Shown here: one piece after another, positions 18,619 through 28,612 of the stretch
Numbering within the stretch: the first letter of the stretch is position 1
How the letters are laid out: each line of letters begins with the position of its first letter
NCBI GenBank assembly: GCA_023129535.1
Contig: JAGMBW010000040.1
Coordinates: 1-51,625, forward strand
Reading direction: 5' to 3'
Length of the DNA stretch: 51,625 nucleotides
Source: Desulfobacterales bacterium
GTDB lineage: Bacteria; Desulfobacterota; Desulfobacteria; Desulfobacterales; C00003060
Position numbers and translations under genes: made by a program
Notes under the pieces: generated by a model
Database searches by the model: none
What the model was told of the DNA's origin: nothing
The model's input: the letters and a program-made list of their open reading frames with translations, nothing else

Positions 18619-19280
18619 TATGGTGGGATAGATTCAAGTGGTGGCTGGTCGGGTGCTTAGGGAAAGGGTTGGTGGACCTGATTTGCAGCACCATGCGTAT
18701 TCAAGTCGTTGACTTTGAGAAGGCGCGGGCGGAGATCGGGTCAAGGAGATTCATCTTTGCCTTTTGGCATTCGAGAATAGTTGTGCTTAGCTACCTTTAC
18801 AGGGGGTTGGGCGCTGCCATCCTCGTCAGTAAATCCAAGGATGGGGAGATTATTGCACAAATACTTCAACGCCAGGGTCAGGAGACCATCCGCGGATCTA
18901 CCTCACGGGACGCTGTTCGAGCTCTGGCAAGGTTAATCAAGACCCTTAAGGAGGAGACTTGTCCTGGAGTTGTGGTTCCGGACGGTCCAAGGGGACCACG
19001 GTTCAAGGTTCAGCCAGGGGTCATTACCCTGGCAAAAAAGACCGGCTATGCTATTGTGCCGGTCAGCTACAGCGCTAACAGATTGAAAATATTTGCCAGT
19101 TGGGACCGTTTTATCCTGCCCTATCCATTCACCGAGGGCCGAGTTATATACGGCACACCTATTTCGGTCCCAGGCGACATTGATCCCGATGAAGAAGATG
19201 CCTATCGCATAAGGCTGGAAGCCGAACTTAATCATATCACAAAAACAGTGGACCGCTACTACGGGCATAGAATAGACTAA
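18576..19280 (+). CDS. DUF374 lysophospholipid acyltransferase-family protein (LpxJ-like); start uncertain
   Basis: FAFWH, SKSKDGE, RGS, PDGPRGP and SWDRFILPYPF motifs. Confidence 0.82.
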   Translation: MRNQSSMVNRQSSIVWWDRFKWWLVGCLGKGLVDLICSTMRIQVVDFEKARAEIGSRRFIFAFWHSRIVVLSYLYRGLGAAILVSKSKDGEIIAQILQRQGQETIRGSTSRDAVRALARLIKTLKEETCPGVVVPDGPRGPRFKVQPGVITLAKKTGYAIVPVSYSANRLKIFASWDRFILPYPFTEGRVIYGTPISVPGDIDPDEEDAYRIRLEAELNHITKTVDRYYGHRID

Positions 19281-19289
19281 CATCTCACC

Positions 19290-19330
19290 TGGAGTGATGG
19301 AGTGATGGTACTCCATTACTCCAACACTCC
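19290..19330. repeat. Collapsed TGGAGTNN / NNACTCCA element with no core
   Basis: tggagtgatggagtgatggtactccattactccaacactcc. Confidence 0.9.
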
Positions 19331-19354
19331 TTTTTTCCCTACTTTGTGTACGGT

Positions 19355-21151
19355 ATGGCTAAGAACCAACGCGACACCGACTTGCCAGAGATATACCGCC
19401 GGATTTTTGCGCTCGTAAAATCCCAGTGGGTACGTATGCTCTGGGCCATGTTTTGCATGATGATGGTGGCGATGCTCACCGCTGGGACGGCCTATCTTGT
19501 AAAGCCCGTACTGGACGAAATTTTTGTCAAAAAAGATGTGACGATGTTGAAACTCCTCCCCCTTGCTATCATTATCATCTACGTGTTGAGAGGGGCTGCC
19601 TACTTTGGACAGGCATATTTGATGAATTATGTGGGGTTCAGCATTATCAAGCGGTTGCGTGACGAGCTGTACAGTCACATTCAGATGTTGCCGTTGTCGT
19701 TTTTCCACAAGAATGACACCGGCGTGCTGATGGCAAGGATTATGAACGACGTTAACATTGTAAAGGGGATGGTATCCGATGCTGTTACAGGGGCGCTAAA
19801 GGATTCTTTCACCATAATAGGCTTGCTATTCGTCATCTTTTACCGGGACTGGGTGCTGGCTTTGATTGCAGTCACTATTTTACCTGTGGCTGTAATCCCC
19901 ATCGTGAAGTTTGGCAGGCGGATGCGCAAATTCAGTACCCGGTGCCAGGAAGCCATGGCCGATATGAGCTTCCTTCTCCATGAGACCCTTACAGGCGGGA
20001 GAATCGTAAAGGCCTTTGGGATGGAGTCGTATGAGAATAAGCGTTTTTTTGAAAAAACGAGTCGGTTGTTTAAGTACGAGATCAGGAAGGCAATCGTCAG
20101 ATCGATGTCTTCACCTGTCATGGAACTGTTGGGAGGCCTTGGTATTACGGCTATTATCTGGTACGGCGGATACAAGGTCATCATGGGGACATCCACACCG
20201 GGCACGTTCTTTTCGTTTATGGCAGCGCTCATAATGCTGTATGCGCCGATCAAGAAGCTCAGTCCACTGAACAACGTTATCCAGGAAGGGATGGCTGCAG
20301 CGGTTCGGGTCTATGATATCCTCGATACCGGCTCGGAAATTGAAGAGCGTCAGGACGCTGTGATGCTTGAGCCGGGGCATCACTCAGTAGTTTTTGAAAA
20401 TGTGTTTTTCAAGTACGAGGAGCAGATGGTCCTGAGAAACATTAATCTTGAGGTTAAGAGCGGGGAGGTCGTTGCCCTGGTGGGCATGAGCGGTGGGGGC
20501 AAGACTACCATGGTGGATTTGATTCCTCGCTTCTATGATGTAACCGAAGGGGCGATCCTCATCGACGGCCGTGATATTCGGGATGTGACACTAAGTTCAC
20601 TTCGGAGCCAGATCGGGATCGTGACCCAGGACCCCATCCTTTTCAATGATACCATTCGAAAGAATATTGCCTATGGCAATCTCGATGCCTCGGAGTCGGA
20701 CATCATTGCGGCTGCTAAGGCCGCCTATGCTTATGATTTCATACAAAGGTTTTCCAACGGGTTCGATACGGTGGTGGGCGAAAAGGGCGTTCGGCTTTCC
20801 GGGGGGGAAAAGCAGCGCATTTGTATTGCCCGCGCGCTTTTGAAGAATGCTCCCATCCTGATCCTGGATGAAGCCACCTCGTCATTGGATACTGAGTCGG
20901 AACTGGCTGTTCAGCGCGGCCTTGACAACCTGATGATGGGTCGTACCACCTTTGTGGTCGCCCACAGGCTTTCAACCATTCGGAATGCCGACCGGATTAT
21001 AGTGATCGTGGATGGGAGGATTGTGGAGGGGGGCAAGCATGAGGAACTTCTGGCCCTTCAGGGAGAATATCATAAGCTTCACCAGATGCAGTTTGACAAC
21101 AAAGCATGGAGCAGGGAGCATGGAGCAGAGAGCATGGAGCATAGGGCATAG
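19355..21151 (+). CDS. msbA: Lipid A flippase ABC transporter MsbA
   Basis: TM domain plus GMSGGGKT, LSGGEKQR and DEATSSLD; the last 15 aa are repeat-encoded. Confidence 0.9.
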   Translation: MAKNQRDTDLPEIYRRIFALVKSQWVRMLWAMFCMMMVAMLTAGTAYLVKPVLDEIFVKKDVTMLKLLPLAIIIIYVLRGAAYFGQAYLMNYVGFSIIKRLRDELYSHIQMLPLSFFHKNDTGVLMARIMNDVNIVKGMVSDAVTGALKDSFTIIGLLFVIFYRDWVLALIAVTILPVAVIPIVKFGRRMRKFSTRCQEAMADMSFLLHETLTGGRIVKAFGMESYENKRFFEKTSRLFKYEIRKAIVRSMSSPVMELLGGLGITAIIWYGGYKVIMGTSTPGTFFSFMAALIMLYAPIKKLSPLNNVIQEGMAAAVRVYDILDTGSEIEERQDAVMLEPGHHSVVFENVFFKYEEQMVLRNINLEVKSGEVVALVGMSGGGKTTMVDLIPRFYDVTEGAILIDGRDIRDVTLSSLRSQIGIVTQDPILFNDTIRKNIAYGNLDASESDIIAAAKAAYAYDFIQRFSNGFDTVVGEKGVRLSGGEKQRICIARALLKNAPILILDEATSSLDTESELAVQRGLDNLMMGRTTFVVAHRLSTIRNADRIIVIVDGRIVEGGKHEELLALQGEYHKLHQMQFDNKAWSREHGAESMEHRA

Positions 21152-21235
21152 CGCATGGAGCATAGAGCATGGAGCATGGAGCAGAGAGCATAGGCCAGAG
21201 GGTTGTCGCTATGCGCTATGCGCTCTGCGTTCTGC
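21103..21235. repeat. Inverted element AGCANRG x13 (21103-21194) / CGCTMTG (21207-21235)
   Basis: Read directly; overlaps the msbA 3' end. Confidence 0.93.
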
Positions 21236-21262
21236 AATCATTCAGCCAGCCTTTGTACATAG

Positions 21263-22441
21263 ATGAAACTCAACGGCCTCATTAACAGATACCTGTTCAG
21301 GGGAATGATACCGCTGTTCGTTATCAGCCTGCTCTTATTTACTGTCATTTTCTTGATGGCCAGGATACTCGATATCACGGATCTGATCGTCAACCATCGA
21401 GTCAGCGTTTCGTCTGTCCTGCTCCTGTTAATGTATTGCATACCCTCGTTCCTTGTTTTTGTTGTGCCCATGTCTATCATGATGGGTGTGCTTCTTGCCT
21501 TCCTGAGATTGTCAGGTGACAATGAGATCACTGCCCTGAAAGCAAGCGGAGTCAGCGTCTACAGTCTTCTTCCTTCGGTATTCGTCTTCTGTCTCATGGG
21601 ATTCCTGATAACCGGTTTTATGTGTATACATGGCTCGCCGTGGGCGAGGCTTTCTTTCAAGGACCTGCTGTTTGAAACGGCGAGGTCGAATATTCACATA
21701 GGGCTGAAAGGGAGGACATTCAACGACAGTTTTGATGATGTCATGCTGTATGTGGATAAAATCGATGCCAAACAAAGGATGGTGACCGATGTATTTGTGG
21801 AAAACAGGCGAAAGCCCGGAATGCTTAGCACAATAGTTGCGCCCATCGGAGAGTTTCTTTGCGATCCGGACAGACTTGCCTTCCAGTTGAGACTGTATAA
21901 CGGGATTATCAATCAGCTCAGCCAGGACAGGAAGACCATACATTCTGTTAGGTTCGACACCTACGATTTTTATCTTGATCTTGCACCGATTCTGTCTTCA
22001 ATAAAACATGGCCGAAAAAGCAGGAAGGAGATGAGTCTGGCAGAATTGCGCCAAAGATTGAATGAGGCCAACCAGAAGGATACCAAATACTATTTGACCT
22101 CGATGGAATATCACAAGAAATTTTCCATTCCCATCGCATGTTTTGTCCTTGGGTTCATGGCTGTCCCATTGGGAATCCAGCCAAAGGGCGCAAAGCCATC
22201 TTTTGGGATCGTTCTCGGCCTGTTCTTCTTTGTCATTTACTACGCATTGATGTCTGCAGGTTGGGTTCTTGGCGAGGCAGGAATGTGTGCGCCTGCGGTT
22301 GCCATTTGGGTTCCAAATTTGGTTATAGGCGTTATTGCCGCCTATCTATTGTTTATGACGGCCAACGAGCGGCCTGTAAAGACAGTCATAGTTTGTCTTC
22401 AGGTCTTCAAATGGTTGAGGTCGATTTGGAAAAAACAATAG
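21263..22441 (+). CDS. lptF: LPS export ABC transporter permease LptF
   Basis: RLSGDNEITALKASGVS, YjgP/YjgQ topology and WVPN motif. Confidence 0.9.
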   Translation: MKLNGLINRYLFRGMIPLFVISLLLFTVIFLMARILDITDLIVNHRVSVSSVLLLLMYCIPSFLVFVVPMSIMMGVLLAFLRLSGDNEITALKASGVSVYSLLPSVFVFCLMGFLITGFMCIHGSPWARLSFKDLLFETARSNIHIGLKGRTFNDSFDDVMLYVDKIDAKQRMVTDVFVENRRKPGMLSTIVAPIGEFLCDPDRLAFQLRLYNGIINQLSQDRKTIHSVRFDTYDFYLDLAPILSSIKHGRKSRKEMSLAELRQRLNEANQKDTKYYLTSMEYHKKFSIPIACFVLGFMAVPLGIQPKGAKPSFGIVLGLFFFVIYYALMSAGWVLGEAGMCAPAVAIWVPNLVIGVIAAYLLFMTANERPVKTVIVCLQVFKWLRSIWKKQ

Positions 22442-22442
22442 A

Positions 22443-22506
22443 TCGAGTAGTCAAGTGGTCGACCACTCGACTACTCGACCAATTGCGGAGCGAAGCGGAG
22501 CAATTG
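22443..22506. repeat. Collapsed RGTCGAGT / ACTCGACY element plus caattgcggagcgaagcggagcaattg
   Basis: Read directly between lptF and lptG. Confidence 0.88.
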
Positions 22507-22508
22507 CT

Positions 22509-23597
22509 GTGCAGATAATCCACAAATCCCTAATCAGAGAAACGCTGAAGATGTTTACGATTGTCCTGGTAGGGGCAATGAGCATCTATTTGGTAGTCGA
22601 CTTTTTTGAAAAAATCGATGATTTCCTTGAGTCCGCCGTGCCGATATCGGAAGCACTCATCTTCTTTCTGTTCAGGCTTCCCTTAATTGTTGTTCAGGTA
22701 ACGCCGGTCGGGGTGCTGTTAGCTGTGCTTCTGGTCCTTGGCCTTATGGCCAGAAATAATGAGGTCGTGGCCTTGCAAAGTGGCGGGATAAGCACCTATT
22801 ATCTTTTGAAACCCCTTCTTGTTCTGGGTTTGGCTTTTGGTCTTTGCCTTTTTTTCTTTGCTGAGGTCGTGGTCCCGATCACCATGGCGAAGGCCAACTA
22901 TATTTGGAAGGTGAAAGTGAAGAGCAAGGAGCAACTGGCGAGCTTTAGACAAAAGGATATCTGGATCAAAGGACATCGGGCCATTTATCATATTGCCTAT
23001 TTCAACCCGGTTGACAATAGCATATCTGGGGTTACTTTCAACTTCTTCGACGACAAGTTCAACATGGCTAAACGCATTGATGCAAAAAAGGGAATCTATG
23101 AAGATGGCCAGTGGCTCCTCCACGATTGTGTTGAACAGATTCGGCTCAAAAATGGAAGTTACCAGGTGGCCTATCCCTCCCAACGCATCCTGAGGATAGA
23201 TCTTGCTCCTGAGAATCTGAAAACGCTTGTCAAGACATCCGAAGAGATGAGCTTCAACGAATTGTCAACCTATATAGAAAAAATAAAACAGGAAGGATAT
23301 GACCCCACTCCCTATCAAGTGGACTGGCAAGCCAAGCTGGCCTTTCCGTCTGTTTGCCTTGTCATGACGCTAATGGGAACGGCCATTGCCCTCCGGAAAA
23401 GGAAAGGGGAAGGACTCGCCACTGGTGTCGCCTATGGTATCGGAGTCGCTTTTTGCTATTGGGTCCTTTACGGTTTTTGCCTGTCACTGGGGTATAATGG
23501 CGTGCTGCGGCCATTTGTGGCAGCCTGGCTCACGAACACGATCTTTGTCCTCCTGGGGATTGTGATGCTGTTTCACTCAGGGGCTTCGCCCCAATAG
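22509..23597 (+). CDS. lptG: LPS export ABC transporter permease LptG
   Basis: VDFFEKID, NNEVVALQSGGIS and AAWLTN; GTG 22509 follows a GGAG RBS (the ORF-track start at 22455 is inside the repeat). Confidence 0.88.
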   Translation: MQIIHKSLIRETLKMFTIVLVGAMSIYLVVDFFEKIDDFLESAVPISEALIFFLFRLPLIVVQVTPVGVLLAVLLVLGLMARNNEVVALQSGGISTYYLLKPLLVLGLAFGLCLFFFAEVVVPITMAKANYIWKVKVKSKEQLASFRQKDIWIKGHRAIYHIAYFNPVDNSISGVTFNFFDDKFNMAKRIDAKKGIYEDGQWLLHDCVEQIRLKNGSYQVAYPSQRILRIDLAPENLKTLVKTSEEMSFNELSTYIEKIKQEGYDPTPYQVDWQAKLAFPSVCLVMTLMGTAIALRKRKGEGLATGVAYGIGVAFCYWVLYGFCLSLGYNGVLRPFVAAWLTNTIFVLLGIVMLFHSGASPQ

Positions 23598-23598
23598 T

Positions 23599-23735
23599 AG
23601 TGATGGAGTACTGGAGTGATGGATTGATAGAACCTTGCTTGCTGCCCACTACTCCAATACTCCATTACTCCATCACTCCGTCAACGATTACAACTTTAGG
23701 CACTTTAGTTCACTTTAGGCACTTTAGCTCACTTT
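23599..23735. repeat. TGGAGTNN / NNACTCCA element (23599-23679) followed by an orphan CACTTTAG array (23693-23735)
   Basis: Read directly. Confidence 0.92.
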
Positions 23736-23745
23736 CGGTTCCAAG

Positions 23746-26190
23746 ATGATCCTCTTATACAATATTTTGTTCTTGCTCGGAAGCCTTGTAATGCTCCCTT
23801 TCTTTGTGGTAAAGGCCCTCACGCTTGAAAAGAGACGAACAACGGTCCTGAAGAGGCTGTATCCAGGCTTCCAGATGCCCCAATTCCCGGGAAAGCCGAT
23901 ATGGATACACACCGTGTCAGTTGGAGAGGTTCTGTCGGCCACCACCTTGATCAAGGGGATCAAAAAGAAATATCCCGATCGGGCTCTTGTCTGTTCGGTT
24001 TCAACCCAGAGCGGCTACCAGATAGCCACCCAATCTTTGTCCAAAGAGGCCGATTTCGTTTTTTTCTTTCCTTATGATTTTTTGTGGGCGGTCAAGGACG
24101 TTTTTCGTAGAATTGACCCTTCCCTTTTTCTTCTTGTGGAGACCGACCTGTGGCCCAATTTCCTGCATGAAATGGCAAAGTTCCGTGTGCCTGCCATTTT
24201 TGTAAACGGCAGATTCTCACCCCGTTCCTACAGGAGATACAAGCGGTTCTCTTTTTTCACAAAGCCACTGGTTTCAAATTTTGCCTGTTGTTGCATGCAG
24301 ACAGAGATAGACGCCAGGCGGATCATATCCCTTGGCGCGGCCAAAGAGAGGGTTGAGGTCACTGGAAACATCAAGTTTGACCAGCCCTTGATGCCTGCAT
24401 GCGAGGAGAATATCAATGAGCTAAAGGCCTCGATGAGAATTGGAGGGGATGCGAGGATATTCCTGGCCGGTAGTACCCATGAGGGGGAAGAGGCAATTCT
24501 CTTGCGTTGCTTTGAAGCCCTGAGGGAAGGTTTTCCTGATCTGGTTCTGGTGATGGCACCGAGAGATCCCGGACGTGCCTCTTCCGTTCAACATATGTTT
24601 AAGAAGGCTGGCCTGGTGGCCCCTTTGAGGACCGAATTAGACAAGATGGATGCTGGCATCACACCCGATGCCATCATTGTGGATACCATGGGGGAACTGA
24701 GGCGGCTATACGCTATTGCTGATGTGGTCTACGTGGGAAAGAGCCTTGTCAATCTCGGCGGGCAAAACCCACTCGAGCCTGCTGTTTTCAAAAAGCCTAT
24801 TCTCTTCGGGCCGTATATGTTTAATTTTGAGCTGATCGCTGAAACGCTTCTCCGAGAAGGTGGGGCTGTTCAGGTGGCAAACGGGGATGGTCTCCTGGAG
24901 GAAGTTGGGGCCCTCCTGCGCGACACCGATCGTTCTCATCTGATGGGACAGAAAGCCTATGAGGTTTTCTGTATGAACCGGGGCGCGGTTAACAGGGTGT
25001 TAGGAGTTGTTGAAAGATTTCTGAGCTGCAATCCGCAATCCCTGCCCGCCAGTCGCCTTCGCTCCAGGCGATGGCAGGCGGGCGCAATCCGTAATGCCAT
25101 ACAAGAGGTGATGATCAGGGGAGATATAACTGATCCAGCGTTTTCATCACCCCTTGAATGTGTGCTTTACGCGTGTTCAAAGATTTACCAGATGGCGGTG
25201 GCAGTTAGAGTTCGCTTGTATGAAAAAGGTGTTCTCAGGTCAAAAAGGCTGCCATGTAAAGTGATATCTATTGGCAATATGACAGTAGGAGGGACGGGAA
25301 AGACCCCCATGGTCCACTACGTGGCAAATTTGTTGAAAGGTCTTGGTCTTGAGGTAGCAATCATCAGCCGGGGCTATAGGGGGTATGCGCAGTACGCAGG
25401 GGGGATCGTTTCAGACGGAAATAAGATTGTCATGGGACCCCGGGCCTCGGGTGATGAGCCCCATCTCATGGCATCAAAACTAAAAGGGATTCCTGTGCTG
25501 GTTGGCAAAGATCGTTATCAGGCCGGGAGACTGGCTATCAGCAGGTTCGGCTCATCGGTGTTGGTTCTTGATGATGGCTTTCAGCACCTCTCCTTAAGAC
25601 GGGACTTGAATTTGTTGCTTTTGGATAGCACGTGTCCCCTTGGCAACGGACATTGTATTCCAAGGGGCACACTCCGGGAGCCAGCGGAAGAGCTGAAGCG
25701 TGCCAGCGCCCTCATCCTGACCCGATGGACGAATGAGAGCGATCTGGCTCAGGTGAGCTCCATGATCGAGGCCCATGCCCGCGGACGTCCGATTTTCAAA
25801 TGCACGCACGTCTGTGACAGTCTGTTTGTGGCCGGACAAAAAGAGTCCCCCGGTTTAGCGATGCTAAAGAGGCGAAGGCTTTTTTTGTTTTCCGGTATTG
25901 CTCGAAATGAGAGTTTCCGTGAAACCATTTCCGGACTTGAAGGCGATATCGTTGGCTTCCTTGAGTTTCCGGACCATCATCGGTATTCTCAACACGATCT
26001 GAGGATTATCTGGAAAAGGGCCAGGGAGTTGAACGTGGACAGCATTATCACCACCGAGAAGGATTACGTGAATATTCTGACTGAGATTCCATCAACGCCG
26101 CAACTCCTCGTCCTGACCATTGGGATTTCCTTTGGCGATGATGCGGAACCCTTTGACAGCTATATCAAAAACTGGGCATTGTGCCCTTAG
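23746..26190 (+). CDS. waaA-lpxK: Fused Kdo transferase (WaaA) and tetraacyldisaccharide 4'-kinase (LpxK)
   Basis: N-half WIHTVSVGE, GSTHEGEE and GGQNPLEP; C-half GNMTVGGTGKTP, SRGY, LDDGFQH, GTLREP, FPDHH and TTEKD; single frame. Confidence 0.9.
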   Translation: MILLYNILFLLGSLVMLPFFVVKALTLEKRRTTVLKRLYPGFQMPQFPGKPIWIHTVSVGEVLSATTLIKGIKKKYPDRALVCSVSTQSGYQIATQSLSKEADFVFFFPYDFLWAVKDVFRRIDPSLFLLVETDLWPNFLHEMAKFRVPAIFVNGRFSPRSYRRYKRFSFFTKPLVSNFACCCMQTEIDARRIISLGAAKERVEVTGNIKFDQPLMPACEENINELKASMRIGGDARIFLAGSTHEGEEAILLRCFEALREGFPDLVLVMAPRDPGRASSVQHMFKKAGLVAPLRTELDKMDAGITPDAIIVDTMGELRRLYAIADVVYVGKSLVNLGGQNPLEPAVFKKPILFGPYMFNFELIAETLLREGGAVQVANGDGLLEEVGALLRDTDRSHLMGQKAYEVFCMNRGAVNRVLGVVERFLSCNPQSLPASRLRSRRWQAGAIRNAIQEVMIRGDITDPAFSSPLECVLYACSKIYQMAVAVRVRLYEKGVLRSKRLPCKVISIGNMTVGGTGKTPMVHYVANLLKGLGLEVAIISRGYRGYAQYAGGIVSDGNKIVMGPRASGDEPHLMASKLKGIPVLVGKDRYQAGRLAISRFGSSVLVLDDGFQHLSLRRDLNLLLLDSTCPLGNGHCIPRGTLREPAEELKRASALILTRWTNESDLAQVSSMIEAHARGRPIFKCTHVCDSLFVAGQKESPGLAMLKRRRLFLFSGIARNESFRETISGLEGDIVGFLEFPDHHRYSQHDLRIIWKRARELNVDSIITTEKDYVNILTEIPSTPQLLVLTIGISFGDDAEPFDSYIKNWALCP

Positions 26191-26220
26191 CCGGCCGAAC
26201 GGACTCAACACGAATTAAAC

Positions 26221-26254
26221 CCATCACTCCAGTACTCCATTGCTCCAATGCTCC
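26221..26254. repeat. Orphan NNACTCCA right arm
   Basis: ccatcactccagtactccattgctccaatgctcc, preceded by taaacc as at 9090-9096. Confidence 0.85.
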
Positions 26255-26283
26255 GGTAGGGCGGAGCCCCGGACGTTCGCCTG

Positions 26284-27345
26284 ATGATACAAAGAAGACT
26301 GAATTCTGGCGAGATCAAACGCATCCTCATTCGTTCCACCAACTGGGTTGGAGACGCCATACTGACTACACCAGCAGTTCGCGCGGTTCGAAAAAATTTT
26401 CCGGACGCACGGATCAGCCTCTTGGCCAAGCCATGGGTGGCGCCCGTTTTTTACAATAATCCCTATGTGGATCAAATCATACCGTACGATTTGGCAGGAA
26501 GACATGCGGGATGGTTGGGAAAAGCTCGGCTGATCAAAGAATTGCGCAGGACCAAGTTTGACCTCGTCGTCCTTTTTCAAAACGCCTTTGAGGCGGCCCT
26601 GCTGGCTTATTTGGCCGGGGTCCCGAAGAGGCTTGGGTACGATACCGATGGCCGCCGTTTTCTACTTACACACAGCATTCGTCTTGAGCCAGGTCGTAAG
26701 CTGGGCCACCAAATTGACTACTATCTCGGGATTCTAGAAGGGGCTTCTCTGAAGCTTACCGGCAGGGGTCTTACCCTAATGGTGACTGACCAGGAGCGCA
26801 GCCGGGCAGAAGATATCCTGATGAGACACCACGTAACGGGACAAGGGAGATTAATAGGCATAAATCCTGGGGCTACATATGGATCGGCCAAGCGATGGGC
26901 TCCTGAACGGTATGCAGCTCTCTGTGATAAGATACAGGACTCATGGTCAGCTCACATTATTATCTTTGGCGGACCTGCTGAAAAGGCGATTGGGCGGCGA
27001 ATTTCTGAGCTAATGAAAAAGGACTGCATCAATCTTTGCGGCAAGACTAACCTTCGTGAGGCCGTGGCCTTAATTGAAAGATGTCGACTTTTTGTTACAA
27101 ACGATTCTGGCCTAATGCACGTAGTAGCAGCCCTTGATATTCCACTGGTTGCCATCTTTGGCTCTACTGATCCTGTGGCAACAGGTCCTACCAGTCCGAG
27201 GAGCCACATCGTCAGGGTGCGGGTGCCATGCAGCCCATGTCTCAAACCGGAGTGCCCCACGGACCATAGGTGCATGAGAGAGATTACTGTGGACAAGGTA
27301 TATGCTGTGGTCGACACATTGCTTGGGGAGACCAGTAAGGAATAA
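26284..27345 (+). CDS. waaF: LPS heptosyltransferase II (GT9)
   Basis: NWVGDA, NPGATYGSAKRW, NDSGLMH and FGSTDP. Confidence 0.9.
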   Translation: MIQRRLNSGEIKRILIRSTNWVGDAILTTPAVRAVRKNFPDARISLLAKPWVAPVFYNNPYVDQIIPYDLAGRHAGWLGKARLIKELRRTKFDLVVLFQNAFEAALLAYLAGVPKRLGYDTDGRRFLLTHSIRLEPGRKLGHQIDYYLGILEGASLKLTGRGLTLMVTDQERSRAEDILMRHHVTGQGRLIGINPGATYGSAKRWAPERYAALCDKIQDSWSAHIIIFGGPAEKAIGRRISELMKKDCINLCGKTNLREAVALIERCRLFVTNDSGLMHVVAALDIPLVAIFGSTDPVATGPTSPRSHIVRVRVPCSPCLKPECPTDHRCMREITVDKVYAVVDTLLGETSKE

Positions 27346-27349
27346 ACGG

Positions 27350-27541
27350 AGTGCCTAAAGTGAACTAAAGTGCCTAAAGTGCCTAAAGTTTAATGATGAA
27401 AACATTTGTAATTCAGGAATTGTGAATTGATGAGGTGAAGGAATTCTCTTTGATTTTAAACCCTTAATGCATGAATCCCTAAATTTTGCTCACTTTAGCT
27501 AACTTTAGGCACTTTAGCTCACTTTAGCTCACTTTAGTCAC
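27350..27541. repeat. Inverted CTAAAGTG (27350-27390) / CACTTTAG (27487-27541) arrays with a degenerate inner GAATT / AATCC pair
   Basis: Read directly. Confidence 0.92.
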
Positions 27542-27548
27542 TGGTTTT

Positions 27549-28586
27549 ATGAACATACTGGTTGTCAAAATGAGTGCCATCGGAGATGTCATCCATACGC
27601 TCCCGGCAGCGAATGCGCTCAGAAAGCACTTTCCTGACGCCCATATTACCTGGCTGGTGGAGGAGACAGCCTGTGGAATCGTCGAATCCCATGAGGCGGT
27701 GGACCGGGTCCTTATTTTGAAACGGAGATGCTGGCTAAAGGGGCTGCTAAGCCCCTGCTGGCTTGAAAACCTGACAAGCATCTTTCACTTCGTAAAGGAG
27801 ATCCGGGATACGACCTACGACGTGGTGATCGACTTTCAGGGACTACTCAAGAGCGCGGCAATAGTTGGTCTGTGCCGAACGAAGCGCAGCATGGGCTATA
27901 ACAAGACCCGTGAATTCAGCTTTATGGTTCTGAGTGATCGCATGCCCCCCTTTGATATGGACAAGCATGCTATTCTTAGATATTCGAACCTGATCAAATA
28001 TTTGGGTGTTAACTCGAGCGAAATAAAGTTTAATGTCCCCTTTGGCGATAAGGAAAGGTCGGATATCAGGTCCATGCTCCGCCAAAAGGGATGGCACAAG
28101 CAGTCTATCATTGCCATGAGTCCGGTGGCAAAATGGCTTACCAAGCTCTGGGATGTTGACAAGTTTTGCTGGTTGGCAGACAGGCTCATTGAAGAGTTGG
28201 GTGTTTTTGTGGTTTTTACCGGAAGCGACACAGACAAAAAAGAGGTTGCAAAGATCATCTCCAGGATGCGCCATCCATGCACTGACTTTTCGGGCCAAAC
28301 CGATTTGAAGCATCTGGCTGCCCTGTACGAGGAGTGCAAATGTCTGGTATCCACAGATACAGGACCCATGCATCTGGCTGCAGCAGTGGGAACACGCGTA
28401 GTTGCTCTCTTCGGCCCCACAGCCCCCTGGAGAACAGGTCCCTTTGGTGAAGGCCATGAAGTTTTGCGTGTTGACTTGTCTTGCAGTCCGTGCTTCAAGA
28501 AGAAGTGTGATCGTGGTGACTGTATGAGGGATATCTCTGTTGAGCAGGTTTTTGGTTCTGTTGCAAGGATTCTGAGAACACGATAA
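27549..28586 (+). CDS. waaC: LPS heptosyltransferase I-like (GT9)
   Basis: KMSAIGDVIH, DFQGLLKS, DTGPMH and FGPT. Confidence 0.75.
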   Translation: MNILVVKMSAIGDVIHTLPAANALRKHFPDAHITWLVEETACGIVESHEAVDRVLILKRRCWLKGLLSPCWLENLTSIFHFVKEIRDTTYDVVIDFQGLLKSAAIVGLCRTKRSMGYNKTREFSFMVLSDRMPPFDMDKHAILRYSNLIKYLGVNSSEIKFNVPFGDKERSDIRSMLRQKGWHKQSIIAMSPVAKWLTKLWDVDKFCWLADRLIEELGVFVVFTGSDTDKKEVAKIISRMRHPCTDFSGQTDLKHLAALYEECKCLVSTDTGPMHLAAAVGTRVVALFGPTAPWRTGPFGEGHEVLRVDLSCSPCFKKKCDRGDCMRDISVEQVFGSVARILRTR

Positions 28587-28612
28587 ATGGTCAAATTCGC
28601 ATTTTGGTTTTT

